Below are positions 16,488 through 24,931 of a stretch of 32,000 nucleotides of DNA, piece after piece. This DNA is from an uncultured Actinomycetes bacterium (GTDB taxonomy: Bacteria > Actinomycetota > Actinomycetes > S36-B12 > CAIYMF01). The stretch's first letter is position 1; each line of letters starts with the position of its first letter. Made by a program: the position numbers and the translations under genes. The notes below the pieces were generated by a model. The model made no database searches. It was not told the DNA's origin and saw only the letters and a list, made by a program, of their open reading frames with translations. The stretch spans positions 1,920,001 to 1,952,000 of the forward strand of contig CAWJMG010000003.1 in assembly GCA_963843975.1 (NCBI GenBank). The letters run 5' to 3'.

Positions 16488-16997
16488 TTACGACCAGGGG
16501 TCGCGCGGCGGTTCGCCGAGCACGACCGACAGGTCGAAGCCGCTGGCCGCTGGCGTGAGGCGAAGCCGCCAGGAGGCCCCTTGGGTGTCGGACAGCCCGT
16601 CTGCCTTCACCAGGTAGCGCTGGTTGTCCGACAGCTCGGCCTGGCAGTCGGCCACGCTCGGCACACCTTCGGCGGTGCCGATGATGCCGACCGCCTCGAC
16701 GAACGTGTCGAGCGAGCCGACGTACGACACGACGTCCTCGCATGCGGTCAGCGGGCCGCCGTCCGTGTGGAACACCCGACGGGCCGAGACCTCCTGGCAG
16801 TCGAGGTTGACCGTGCCGCAGGCCACCTCCAGGGGTGCCGGCTCGGTCCACCCCTCGGGTGCGGGAACGGCAGCGACGGCGCTCTGCACGGCCTCGTTCT
16901 GGCCGTTGCCGGAGAAGAGCGCGCACCCGGCCAGGAGGCCTGCGGCGCAGGCGGCGCCGCCCAGCCGTAGGGCGACCATCGAGGGGCGGCTGCTCAT
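16488..16997 (-). CDS. putative secreted lipoprotein, function unknown
   Basis: Signal peptide with lipobox: MSSRPSMVALRLGGAACAAGLLAGC. The mature part has several Cys. Its ATG overlaps the stop of the upstream MBL gene (ATGA at 16994-16997). Confidence 0.7.
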   Translation of the reverse strand: MSSRPSMVALRLGGAACAAGLLAGCALFSGNGQNEAVQSAVAAVPAPEGWTEPAPLEVACGTVNLDCQEVSARRVFHTDGGPLTACEDVVSYVGSLDTFVEAVGIIGTAEGVPSVADCQAELSDNQRYLVKADGLSDTQGASWRLRLTPAASGFDLSVVLGEPPRDPWS

Positions 16998-17767
16998 CGG
17001 TGCGCCGCCCTCCGCAGGTTGTCGGCGTGCAGCTCGGCCATCCCGTCCAGCGCGATGCGCGGGTCGTCGCTCGCGCCGCGCGACTCGAGCTCGTCCAGAT
17101 AGCGCACGTCGGCCGCGTGCCTCGCGGCCGCGTCATCGCCGACCGATCCGTGCCCGGGGATGGTGATGCGCGCCCGGCGTACGACGTCGGCGAGCGACTC
17201 GAGACCGGTGCGGTACGTCGTGAGGTCGACGTCGGCGTCGTCGGGCATAGGGAGCTCGACATCGCTGAGCATGTCGGCGGACAGGAGCAGGCCGAGGTCC
17301 GGCAGCTCGAGCGCGAGGTGGTGCGGCGCGTGCGCGTGGTGCACGTGCACGACAGCGGTCGGCCCGCTCCACTCGAGCAGCTCGCCACTGATCGGGCGCA
17401 GATCGCGCGCGGCGAGGTCGACGATGTCGTCGGGCACGTCGCCCCGAAGCGGCGCGACCACCTCCTCGCGGTCGCTCTCGACCTTCGCGACCGTCCCGGG
17501 CGTCGCCCAGCGGGGCACGTCGCCGAGGTCGGGGTGCCAGAGCACGTGGTCGTAGTGCATGTGCGTCGACAGGCCCGCGACGCAGCGCACCCCGAGGGCC
17601 GCGAGGTCGGCGGGGATGGCGGCGAGCTCGTCGAGGTCCCAGGCAGGATCGATCACGAGGGCGCCGCCGTGACCGTCGAGCAGGACGGTGGAGTTGGTGG
17701 CGTACCGGCGCGACTGCGCCACCCACACGCCCGGAGCCACTTCGACGAGGCGCTGCAGATCAGCCAT
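16994..17767 (-). CDS. MBL-fold metallo-hydrolase
   Basis: The ATG at 17767 gives MADLQRLVEVAPGVWVA... with a metal-binding HxHxDH motif (THMHYDH) and later HH/HGS residues. The ORF-track extension to 18058 overlaps the divergent ABC gene and is compositionally aberrant. Confidence 0.8.
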   Translation of the reverse strand: MADLQRLVEVAPGVWVAQSRRYATNSTVLLDGHGGALVIDPAWDLDELAAIPADLAALGVRCVAGLSTHMHYDHVLWHPDLGDVPRWATPGTVAKVESDREEVVAPLRGDVPDDIVDLAARDLRPISGELLEWSGPTAVVHVHHAHAPHHLALELPDLGLLLSADMLSDVELPMPDDADVDLTTYRTGLESLADVVRRARITIPGHGSVGDDAAARHAADVRYLDELESRGASDDPRIALDGMAELHADNLRRAAHR

Positions 17768-17876
17768 CCGGACAGTCTTGCCGATCGGCGCGGTCGCCGT
17801 CCGGTAACGAGAGGCCTGACCACCGTCGCCAGAGGTTAGGGTCTGGAGTCGGCATGGGGCTGCAGGAGGGGGCACG

Positions 17877-20800
17877 GTGAACGACCTGCGGCTCGCCCTG
17901 CGCGCCTTCCGGTGGCGCCGCGGCGGCTCGATCGTCGTGCTCGTCGCTGCGGCCCTCACCGTGGCCGCGGCCGCGCTAGGCCCGCTGTTCTCCGCAGCCG
18001 CCGCCGAGTCCGTCCTCCAGGACCGTCTCGTGCAGGCACGTGCGGACGTCACGACCATCGCGTTCTACACGCCCGCTGACGTCAGCTATCCGGGATCGGT
18101 CGACGTCGTCGCCGGCGAGCAGTCGGGCCGCGGAAGCGTCCCCGGCTACGGCCCGCCCGTGCACGAGACGGTCGTCCCCACGTCCGCGACGCCCGAGAAG
18201 GGGCTCGCCGCGATCAGCCAGGCCGTGTGGCGCGACGGCTCGTGCGACCACGTCGTCATCGTCGACGGCACCTGCACCGTGGGCACGAACGAGGTCGTCG
18301 TCAGCGCCCGGGCCGCGGACTCGGTGGGCTGGGTGGTGGGCACGAAGCTCACGTTGGACAACCTGCAGCAGTACGACAACACCGTCAGCTCGGGCTCCGA
18401 GATCGCCACCAAGCCCGCCCAGGTCACCGTCGTCGGCACCTATCGCCCGGTGTCGGTGTCCGACCCGTTCTGGGCCGGCCGCCCCTACTTCCCCTTCCAC
18501 CCGAACCCCGACGGGCCCGGCACCGTCGACTCGATCTTCGTCCCGGCCGACCTGTTCTCCTCGCTGGTGCACCCGACCATGGGCACCATCGGCGCCGACC
18601 TCGTGCTCTCCCAGCCCGAGGACCTCCGCGTAGCCGACGTGCCCACGCTGCGCGCCTCGGTCGAGGGCTACCTCGGCCCCGACACCGGCGAGCTGAAGCC
18701 GACCACCGGCGTGCTCGAGCTGCTTGACGCCTTCGAGGCCGAGCGCAGCAGCACCACGCTCGCCGCCGGGGTCGTGTCCGCGCAGCTGGCCCTGCTCGCC
18801 TGGCTGCTGCTCTACCTGGTCGTCACCGACACGAGCGAGGCCCGCGGCAGCGAGGTGGCGCTCGCCAAGCTGCGCGGCCTGCCGCCGCGTGCGGTCGCAG
18901 CGGTGGCGCTCCGCGAGCCGATCGTCCTGCTGCTCCTGGCCGCGCCGGTCGGCCTCCTGCTCGCCTACGTCTTCGTGACGGTGCTCGCGCGATCGGTGCT
19001 CGCCACCGGTGTGCCGATCGTGATCACGCCGGCGACGTACATCGCCGTGGCGGGCGCCTTCCTCGGCGGGCTGGTCGCCGCGCTGCTGGCGTCACGGCGC
19101 ATGTTCACGCGGCCGGTGCTCGAGCAGTGGTCGCAGTCGGCCGAGTCGACCGGTGGCGGTCGTCGTGGCCTCGTCGCCGACGTCGTGCTCGCGATCGTCG
19201 CGCTCGGAGGCTTCGTCGTGCTCGCGACGCGCTCGACGTCGGCGTCCACCGGTGCTGGGGCCGCCCTCGGCTGGCTCGCGCCCGGGCTCCTCGTCATCGC
19301 GGCCGGGCTGCTGCTCGTGCGCCTCGCCCGCCCCGTGCTCGGTGCCCTCGTCCGCAGCAGCCGGGCCTCGACACGGCTGGGCATGTTCCTCGGCTCGCGC
19401 CAGGCAGTACGCCGTCCCGCCGGCCTGCGTCTCGCCGCGCTCCTCGCCGTGACGATCGGGCTCGCGACCTTCGCCGTCGACGCGTCGGCCGCCGCGGGCA
19501 AGGGCCGCGACGTGCGTGCCGGCGCGGACGTCGGCGCGCAGGTCTCGGTAGCGGTGCAGCAAGACCCGGCGCGCGACCTCCAGGCCGCGGTCGCCGAGGC
19601 CGACCCCGAGGGCCGCTGGGCGATGGTCGTGGCCGACTGGATCCCGAGCGGGGCACTGGCCGGTCACCTGCTGGCGGTGCAGCCCGAGCGGCTCGCCGCG
19701 GTGGCGTCGTGGTCGGGCGAGTACGGACCCGTGTCGGCGGACGACGCCGCTCGCCTGCTGACCCCGCAGCTCGCCGATCCCATCACGCTGACGACGACGA
19801 CCGTGCGCGTGCGCATCACGTCCGGCCCGGTGGCCGGCCCGGGCCCGGCCGTGACGGTCGCCTACCGCGGCGACAGCGACGTGCCGACCTTCGCTCTGAG
19901 CACACCGCTGCAGGAGGGCACGCACGACTACGACGCGACCGTGCCGTGCGACGTCCAGAAGTGCACGCTGAACGCGATCTCGCTCGACCGCGCCCGGGTG
20001 AACGCACCCTCGAGCATCGATCTCACGATCGAGGCGGTGCAGCAGAAGACGGCGTCGGGCTGGGTGGACCTTCAGGCCAACCTCGACGACGCGACGGCGT
20101 GGCGGGTCGCGGCGTACACCGGCCAGCCGACCGGTGAGCTCGCGGCGTCCGCCGCCGGTCTGCGCTACACCGCCGAGCTGCCGCCGTACGCGCAGCCCTT
20201 CGTGCAGTACGCCGACTACGCCTCGCCCCTGCCGCTGGTGACGGCGACCGGGATCGCGCAGCCCGGCACCGCGCTGCGGTTCGTCGACGGCAACGGCCGC
20301 GACGTCCCTGCAGTGTCGGTGGGCGCCAACAAGATCCTGCCGCTGGTCGGCAACGGCGGATCCCTGGTGAACCTCGTGGCGCTGCGCCGCTCGGCGCAGC
20401 AGCTGGACGACGACGCGGACTGGTACGTGTGGCTCGGGCCCGAGGCGCCGCCGGACGCGATCGACCGGCTGCGCGCTGCGGGCATCACCGTCGACACCGT
20501 GACGACTCAGGCCGAGAGGCTCGACCAGATCTCGCGCGAGGGCCCGGCGCTCGCACTGCGGCTCCTGCTCGTGTGCGCGATCGTCGGCGCACTGCTCGCC
20601 GCAGGTGCGCTCGCGATCAGCGTGGCCGTCACCGGTCGGCGCCGGTCGTACGAGCTGGCCGCCCTCAGCGCGGTCGGCGTGCCGCGCCGCGCGCTGCTGC
20701 GCGGCTGCGTCCTCGAGCAGGCCCTGCTCCTCGGCACGGGGCTCGTGGTCGGCGTGCCGGTCGGTCTCGTCGTGGCACGGCTTGCGCTCCCCCTTCTGCC

Positions 20801-20969
20801 GCAGACCCCGACGGTGACGGCCCTTCCCCTCACCGTCGACGTCCAGGGCGCGGCGGTGCTGCTCTTCACCGTGGTGACTGCCGCGCTGCTCCTGCTCACC
20901 GCCGTCATCGGCGGCGTCGCGCTGCTGCGCCAGGCCGTCCCGGACCGGCTGCGGGAGGTGGCGGCATGA
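17877..20969 (+). CDS. ABC transporter permease with two FtsX/MacB-type modules fused in one 1030-aa polypeptide
   Basis: GTG 17877 with GGAGGGGG upstream. The N-terminus MNDLRLALRAFRWRRGGSIVVLVAAAL is typical of FtsX-family permeases. There are two TM clusters (about aa 290-410 plus 430-530, and aa 900-1025). These are separated by large predicted extracytoplasmic domains. Confidence 0.85.
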   Translation: MNDLRLALRAFRWRRGGSIVVLVAAALTVAAAALGPLFSAAAAESVLQDRLVQARADVTTIAFYTPADVSYPGSVDVVAGEQSGRGSVPGYGPPVHETVVPTSATPEKGLAAISQAVWRDGSCDHVVIVDGTCTVGTNEVVVSARAADSVGWVVGTKLTLDNLQQYDNTVSSGSEIATKPAQVTVVGTYRPVSVSDPFWAGRPYFPFHPNPDGPGTVDSIFVPADLFSSLVHPTMGTIGADLVLSQPEDLRVADVPTLRASVEGYLGPDTGELKPTTGVLELLDAFEAERSSTTLAAGVVSAQLALLAWLLLYLVVTDTSEARGSEVALAKLRGLPPRAVAAVALREPIVLLLLAAPVGLLLAYVFVTVLARSVLATGVPIVITPATYIAVAGAFLGGLVAALLASRRMFTRPVLEQWSQSAESTGGGRRGLVADVVLAIVALGGFVVLATRSTSASTGAGAALGWLAPGLLVIAAGLLLVRLARPVLGALVRSSRASTRLGMFLGSRQAVRRPAGLRLAALLAVTIGLATFAVDASAAAGKGRDVRAGADVGAQVSVAVQQDPARDLQAAVAEADPEGRWAMVVADWIPSGALAGHLLAVQPERLAAVASWSGEYGPVSADDAARLLTPQLADPITLTTTTVRVRITSGPVAGPGPAVTVAYRGDSDVPTFALSTPLQEGTHDYDATVPCDVQKCTLNAISLDRARVNAPSSIDLTIEAVQQKTASGWVDLQANLDDATAWRVAAYTGQPTGELAASAAGLRYTAELPPYAQPFVQYADYASPLPLVTATGIAQPGTALRFVDGNGRDVPAVSVGANKILPLVGNGGSLVNLVALRRSAQQLDDDADWYVWLGPEAPPDAIDRLRAAGITVDTVTTQAERLDQISREGPALALRLLLVCAIVGALLAAGALAISVAVTGRRRSYELAALSAVGVPRRALLRGCVLEQALLLGTGLVVGVPVGLVVARLALPLLPQTPTVTALPLTVDVQGAAVLLFTVVTAALLLLTAVIGGVALLRQAVPDRLREVAA

Positions 20970-21826
20970 CGACGACCGCGCTCGAGACCGGGCTCTCGCT
21001 GCACTGCGAGCGGCTGGGCCACGTCTACAGCACGCCCACGGGCGACACCGTGGCGCTGGAGGACGTGACGCTCACCGTCCGCGCCGGCGAGACGCTCGCG
21101 GTGCTCGGCCCGTCGGGCTCCGGCAAGTCCACGCTGCTCGCCGTGATCGCAGGGCTCCTCGCACCGACGTCCGGCCAGGTGTGGGTCGGCGGCGACGAGA
21201 TGACCGCGATGTCCGAGCGCGAGCTGCTGACCCTGCGCGCGCACCGGCTCGGGGTCGTGGTGCAGGACCCGGCGCGCAACCTGCTGCCCTACGGCACGGC
21301 CGAGGACAACGTGCGCTTCGCCCAGCGCGGCGTGCGCGGCTTCCGTCGCGCATCGCTCCCCTCCCCTGCCGCACTGCTCCATGCGCTCGGCCTCAGCCAC
21401 CTCGCAGGCAGGGCCGTGGGCGGCTTCTCCGGGGGCGAGCAGCAGCGGCTCGCGGTCGCGATGGGCATGGCCACCTCGCCCGGCCTCCTGCTCGTCGACG
21501 AGCCGACGTCGCAGCTCGACCAGACCAACCGCGACGCTGTGATCGACCTCGTCGGAGTTGTGGGCAAGCAGTTCGGCACGACCGTCGTCGTCGTGACGCA
21601 CGACCCCGAGGTCGCCGAGCGGCTCGGTCGCACGATCACGATCACCCAGGGCCGTGCCGACGACCTCGCGCAGAACTGGCAGCAGCACGTCGAGGTCGAC
21701 GCCGACGGCCGCATCCAGCTCCCGGACGACGTCCTGCGGACGCTGCCGCCGGGATCCCGCGCGCGCGTCGTACGGCAGCCGTCGGGCATCCAGCTCGTGC
21801 GCGACGACGAGGAGAAGGACCGATGA
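20966..21826 (+). CDS. ABC transporter ATP-binding protein with a C-terminal SpoVT/AbrB-like tail
   Basis: ATGA overlap with the permease stop. Motifs: Walker A GPSGSGKST, signature FSGGEQQR, Walker B LLLVDEPTSQLD, H-loop VTHD. The extra ~60-aa tail is VEVDADGRIQLPDDVLRTLPPGSRARVVRQPSGIQLV. Confidence 0.9.
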   Translation: MTTTALETGLSLHCERLGHVYSTPTGDTVALEDVTLTVRAGETLAVLGPSGSGKSTLLAVIAGLLAPTSGQVWVGGDEMTAMSERELLTLRAHRLGVVVQDPARNLLPYGTAEDNVRFAQRGVRGFRRASLPSPAALLHALGLSHLAGRAVGGFSGGEQQRLAVAMGMATSPGLLLVDEPTSQLDQTNRDAVIDLVGVVGKQFGTTVVVVTHDPEVAERLGRTITITQGRADDLAQNWQQHVEVDADGRIQLPDDVLRTLPPGSRARVVRQPSGIQLVRDDEEKDR

Positions 21827-22458
21827 CGCGCACGGTGTCGGGCGAGGCCCTGCGCTACGAGCCCGCCGGCCGCGTCGTGCTCGACGAGGTGTCGGTGCAC
21901 GCGGAGGCCGGCGAGATGCTCGCCGTGACCGGGCCGTCGGGCAGCGGCAAGTCGAGCCTGCTCGCGCTGCTCGCAGGCCTGGCCGTGCCGTCCGCCGGGC
22001 GCGCCCTGGTCGACGGCTCGCCCGTGCTGGACGGCGTCGACGCGCGGTTCGGCCTGGTGCTGCAGGGATACGGCCTCGTGTCGGTGCTCACGGCCGCGGA
22101 GAACGTCGAGGTGGCGCTGCAGACGATGCGACTCGCGCCGGACGAGGTGCGCGCACGCGCAGCGGCGGCGCTGGACTCCGTCGGTCTGGGGGATCTCGCC
22201 GACCGCTCCGTCGAGGAGCTGTCGGGCGGTCAGCGTCAGCGCGTGGCCGTCGCGCGGGCGCTGGTGACCGAGCCCGACGTCGTCCTCGCCGACGAGCCGA
22301 CCGCGCAGCAGGACGCCGAGACCAAGGTGCGGATCCTCGCCCTGTTCCGCGCCGCTGCCGAGCGCGGCGCCGTCGTCGTCGTGGCCACGCACGACCCGGA
22401 GGTCGTCGCGGGCTGCGACCGCGAGACCGCCCTGCACGACGGCCGCCTCGTCGTCTGA
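21823..22458 (+). CDS. second, distinct ABC transporter ATP-binding protein
   Basis: ATGA overlap with the previous gene. Motifs: Walker A GPSGSGKSS, LSGGQRQR, Walker B VVLADEPTAQQD, H-loop ATHD. Confidence 0.9.
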   Translation: MTRTVSGEALRYEPAGRVVLDEVSVHAEAGEMLAVTGPSGSGKSSLLALLAGLAVPSAGRALVDGSPVLDGVDARFGLVLQGYGLVSVLTAAENVEVALQTMRLAPDEVRARAAAALDSVGLGDLADRSVEELSGGQRQRVAVARALVTEPDVVLADEPTAQQDAETKVRILALFRAAAERGAVVVVATHDPEVVAGCDRETALHDGRLVV

Positions 22459-22479
22459 CCCGCTCGGTGGTCGCGATCG

Positions 22480-22509
22480 GGCGGATCCGTGCGCGACATG
22501 GCGGATCCG
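22480..22509. promoter_or_regulatory. two copies of GGCGGATCCG (core palindrome CGGATCCG) 20 bp apart, upstream of the hydrolase gene; candidate operator pair
   Basis: Exact 10-mers at 22480-22489 and 22500-22509. The second lies 32 nt before ATG 22541. Confidence 0.25.
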
Positions 22510-22540
22510 CTGTGGTCCCCCCGCGCACCGATCAGGGATC

Positions 22541-23254
22541 ATGGCCGCCATGCGACCGGTGATCGGGATCAGCTGCTACGGCGAGCAGGCGCGCTGGGGG
22601 GCGTGGGACGTGCCCGCCGTCGTCCTGCACCGTGCCTACGTCGAGAGCCTCGAGCGTGCGGGTGCCGCCGTCGTGGTGCTGCCGCCGGTCGCCGACGCCG
22701 AGAGCGTCGCCGCAGCCGTGTCGCGCCTCGACGCGGTGGTGATCGCCGGCGGTGCCGACATCGACCCGGCGTACTACTCCGCGACGCCGCACGAGACCAC
22801 CGACAGGCCGCGCACCGACCGCGACTCGACCGAGCGCGCGATCTACCTCGCGGCGCGCGAGCGCGGGCTGCCGGTCCTCGGTATCTGCCGAGGCATGCAG
22901 ATGATGTCGGTCGTGAGCGGCGGCTCGCTGATCCAGGACCTGCCCTCGGCCGGCTACGGCACGCTGCACCGTGAGCGGCTCGGCGAGTTCAGCGAGCACA
23001 AGGCGTCGTTCACGCCCGGCTCGCTCGTCGCCACGATCCTCGAGGGCACCGAGACGGTCGTGAACTCCAGCCACCACCAGGCTGTCGCCGACGCCGGCTC
23101 GCTCACGGTGACCGGGTACGCCGAGGACGGCACCGTCGAGGTGGTCGAGGACCCGTCGGCGCCGTTCGTGCTCGGCGTCCAGTGGCACCCCGAGATGAGC
23201 GACGACCCCCGCCTCTTCGACGCCCTCGTCCGAGCAGCCGCACCCACCCGCTGA
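22541..23254 (+). CDS. gamma-glutamyl-gamma-aminobutyrate hydrolase family protein (PuuD-like, peptidase C26 / class-I glutamine amidotransferase)
   Basis: RPVIGISCY..., nucleophile motif LGICRGMQ, and GVQWHPE with the catalytic His. Alternative start ATG 22550. Confidence 0.85.
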   Translation: MAAMRPVIGISCYGEQARWGAWDVPAVVLHRAYVESLERAGAAVVVLPPVADAESVAAAVSRLDAVVIAGGADIDPAYYSATPHETTDRPRTDRDSTERAIYLAARERGLPVLGICRGMQMMSVVSGGSLIQDLPSAGYGTLHRERLGEFSEHKASFTPGSLVATILEGTETVVNSSHHQAVADAGSLTVTGYAEDGTVEVVEDPSAPFVLGVQWHPEMSDDPRLFDALVRAAAPTR

Positions 23255-23256
23255 GC

Positions 23257-23303
23257 CTGATCAATCCGTCGTTTCCCGGTCTGGGAGACGACGGATTGAT
23301 CAG
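23257..23303. terminator. bidirectional hairpin between the convergent hydrolase and thioesterase genes
   Basis: CTGATCAATCCGTCGT-(15 nt)-ACGACGGATTGATCAG has 16-bp perfect arms and is locally AT-richer than its surroundings. Confidence 0.6.
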
Positions 23304-23317
23304 TGCGAGCTCGGGGG

Positions 23318-24070
23318 TCAGCCGGGGATGAGGACGGCGGTCTGACGGGAGCTGGCCACCAGGCGGCCGCTGGCGTCCCAGACCCGCGCGGTCTCGTCGG
23401 CGATGCCGTCGCGGATGGTCTCGCAGCGCGCCTCGAGCACGAGCGGTCCGACGAGCTCGCCCGGGTAGAGCACCACCTGCGCGGCGACGGTGGGCAGCGC
23501 GTTCCAGAAGTGGACGAACCACGGCGTGGGCGGCAGCAGGTCCCACGCCGCCGCGACCAGGAACGTGTCGGCGGGGCTGCCGTCGCGGTAGGCGAGGTGG
23601 CCGTGGACGACGGCGCGGTCGAGCGCCGCGCCTCCCGCGATGGCCTGGGCCTGTGCCGGATCGAGCCGCAGCTCGACGTGCCGCAGCACGTCCATCCCCG
23701 GCTGCGCGGCGAACTCCGATGCCCCGGAGTCGACGCACTCGTCCCACGCCGGGACGGCCGGCACCTCGACGTGCTCCAGCGAGCGCGGGTCCGGTGCCGG
23801 CGTGCCCGTGGTGACGAGCGACTCCAGCAGGAGGGTGCCGTCACGGCTGAGGCGCACCCGCGCGGTCGAGAGGCGGCCGCGGCGCAGCACGTCGACCTCG
23901 ACGTCAGCGGGTCCGCCGGCGCGCGCGGCGGCCAGGTAGTGGGTGCTGATGGTGAGCGGCGTGGCGCCGTCCAGGACGTCGGAGGCCGCGTGCCCGCACA
24001 CCGCGGCGAGGTAGCCGCCGTTCAGGTGCCCGGTGATCATCCAGCGCGGGTCGAGCTCGATCGTCGCCAT
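23318..24070 (-). CDS. thioesterase-family protein (acyl-CoA thioesterase II-like double hot-dog)
   Basis: The ATG at 24070 gives MATIELDPRWMITGHLNGGYLAAV... (250 aa). It resembles the actinobacterial thioesterase-superfamily proteins of the TesB-like type. The assignment is by recalled similarity only. Confidence 0.65.
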   Translation of the reverse strand: MATIELDPRWMITGHLNGGYLAAVCGHAASDVLDGATPLTISTHYLAAARAGGPADVEVDVLRRGRLSTARVRLSRDGTLLLESLVTTGTPAPDPRSLEHVEVPAVPAWDECVDSGASEFAAQPGMDVLRHVELRLDPAQAQAIAGGAALDRAVVHGHLAYRDGSPADTFLVAAAWDLLPPTPWFVHFWNALPTVAAQVVLYPGELVGPLVLEARCETIRDGIADETARVWDASGRLVASSRQTAVLIPG

Positions 24071-24103
24071 GGCTCCCACCCTAAGCAGAGCCCACGCGCA
24101 GCA

Positions 24104-24142
24104 CTGCGCCCCGGGCTCCGTATGAGGAAGTCCGGGGCGCAG
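24104..24142 (-). terminator. hairpin after the SDR gene
   Basis: CTGCGCCCCGG-(17 nt)-CCGGGGCGCAG has 11-bp perfect arms and lies 18 nt downstream of the SDR stop (24160). Confidence 0.55.
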
Positions 24143-24159
24143 AGGCCTGGTGGCTGCGG

Positions 24160-24924
24160 CTACAGGGGCGTCACGTACGCGCCGCTGATGCCGCCGTCGA
24201 CGAGGAAGTTGCTGGCGGTGATGAACGACGAGTCGTCGCTGCCGAGGAACGCGACGGCCGCCGCGATCTCCGACGGCTCGGCGAAGCGGCCGAACGGGAT
24301 GTGCACGAGGCGACGCGCTGCGCGCTCGGGGTCCTTGGCGAAGAGCTCGATGAGGAGCGGGGTGTTGACCGGCCCCGGGCTGAGCGCGTTGACGCGGATG
24401 CCCTCGCGCGCGAACTGCACGCCGAGCTCGCGACTCATCGCGAGCACGCCTCCCTTGGACGCGGTGTACGAGATCTGCGAGGTCGCCGCGCCCATCGTGG
24501 CCACGAACGACGCCGTGTTGATGATCGAGCCCTTGCCCTGCGCCTGCATGTAGGGGATGACCTCCTTGCAGCACAGGTAGACCGAGGTCAGGTTCACCTT
24601 CTGCACGCGGTCCCATGCCTCGATGCCCGTCACGAGGATCGAGTCGTCGTCGGGCGGCGAGATGCCGGCGTTGTGGAACGAGACGTCGATCGAGCCGTAC
24701 GTCTCGTGCGCGGTCTTGAACATGCGCGCGACGTCGGCCGCGTCGGTGACGTCGGCCTGCACGGCGAGGCCGTCGACCTCCTCGGCCACGGCGCCTGCGG
24801 AGTCGAGGTTCATGTCGACCACGACGACCTTCGCGCCCTCGGACGCCACGCGCAGCGCCGTCGCCTTGCCGATGCCGCTGCCGCCGCCAGTGATGACGAC
24901 GACGCGATCGGTGTACCTGTCCAC
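24160..24924 (-). CDS. SDR-family NAD(P)-dependent oxidoreductase
   Basis: GTG 24924 (GGAAGG 11 nt upstream) gives VDRYTDRVVVITGGGSGIGKA (cofactor loop). Also NAGI and the catalytic YTASK (YxxxK). Confidence 0.85.
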   Translation of the reverse strand: MDRYTDRVVVITGGGSGIGKATALRVASEGAKVVVVDMNLDSAGAVAEEVDGLAVQADVTDAADVARMFKTAHETYGSIDVSFHNAGISPPDDDSILVTGIEAWDRVQKVNLTSVYLCCKEVIPYMQAQGKGSIINTASFVATMGAATSQISYTASKGGVLAMSRELGVQFAREGIRVNALSPGPVNTPLLIELFAKDPERAARRLVHIPFGRFAEPSEIAAAVAFLGSDDSSFITASNFLVDGGISGAYVTPL

Positions 24925-24931
24925 GATGGGG

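Noticed and set aside
15388-17388. 666-aa minus-strand ORF
   Set aside because: It is antisense to the DUF389 gene and out of frame with the lipoprotein and MBL genes. It is low complexity with no motifs.
20507-22551. 393-aa and 420-aa minus-strand ORFs opposite the two ABC ATPase genes
   Set aside because: The plus-strand frames carry complete Walker A/B, signature and H-loop motifs. The minus ORFs are antisense artefacts.
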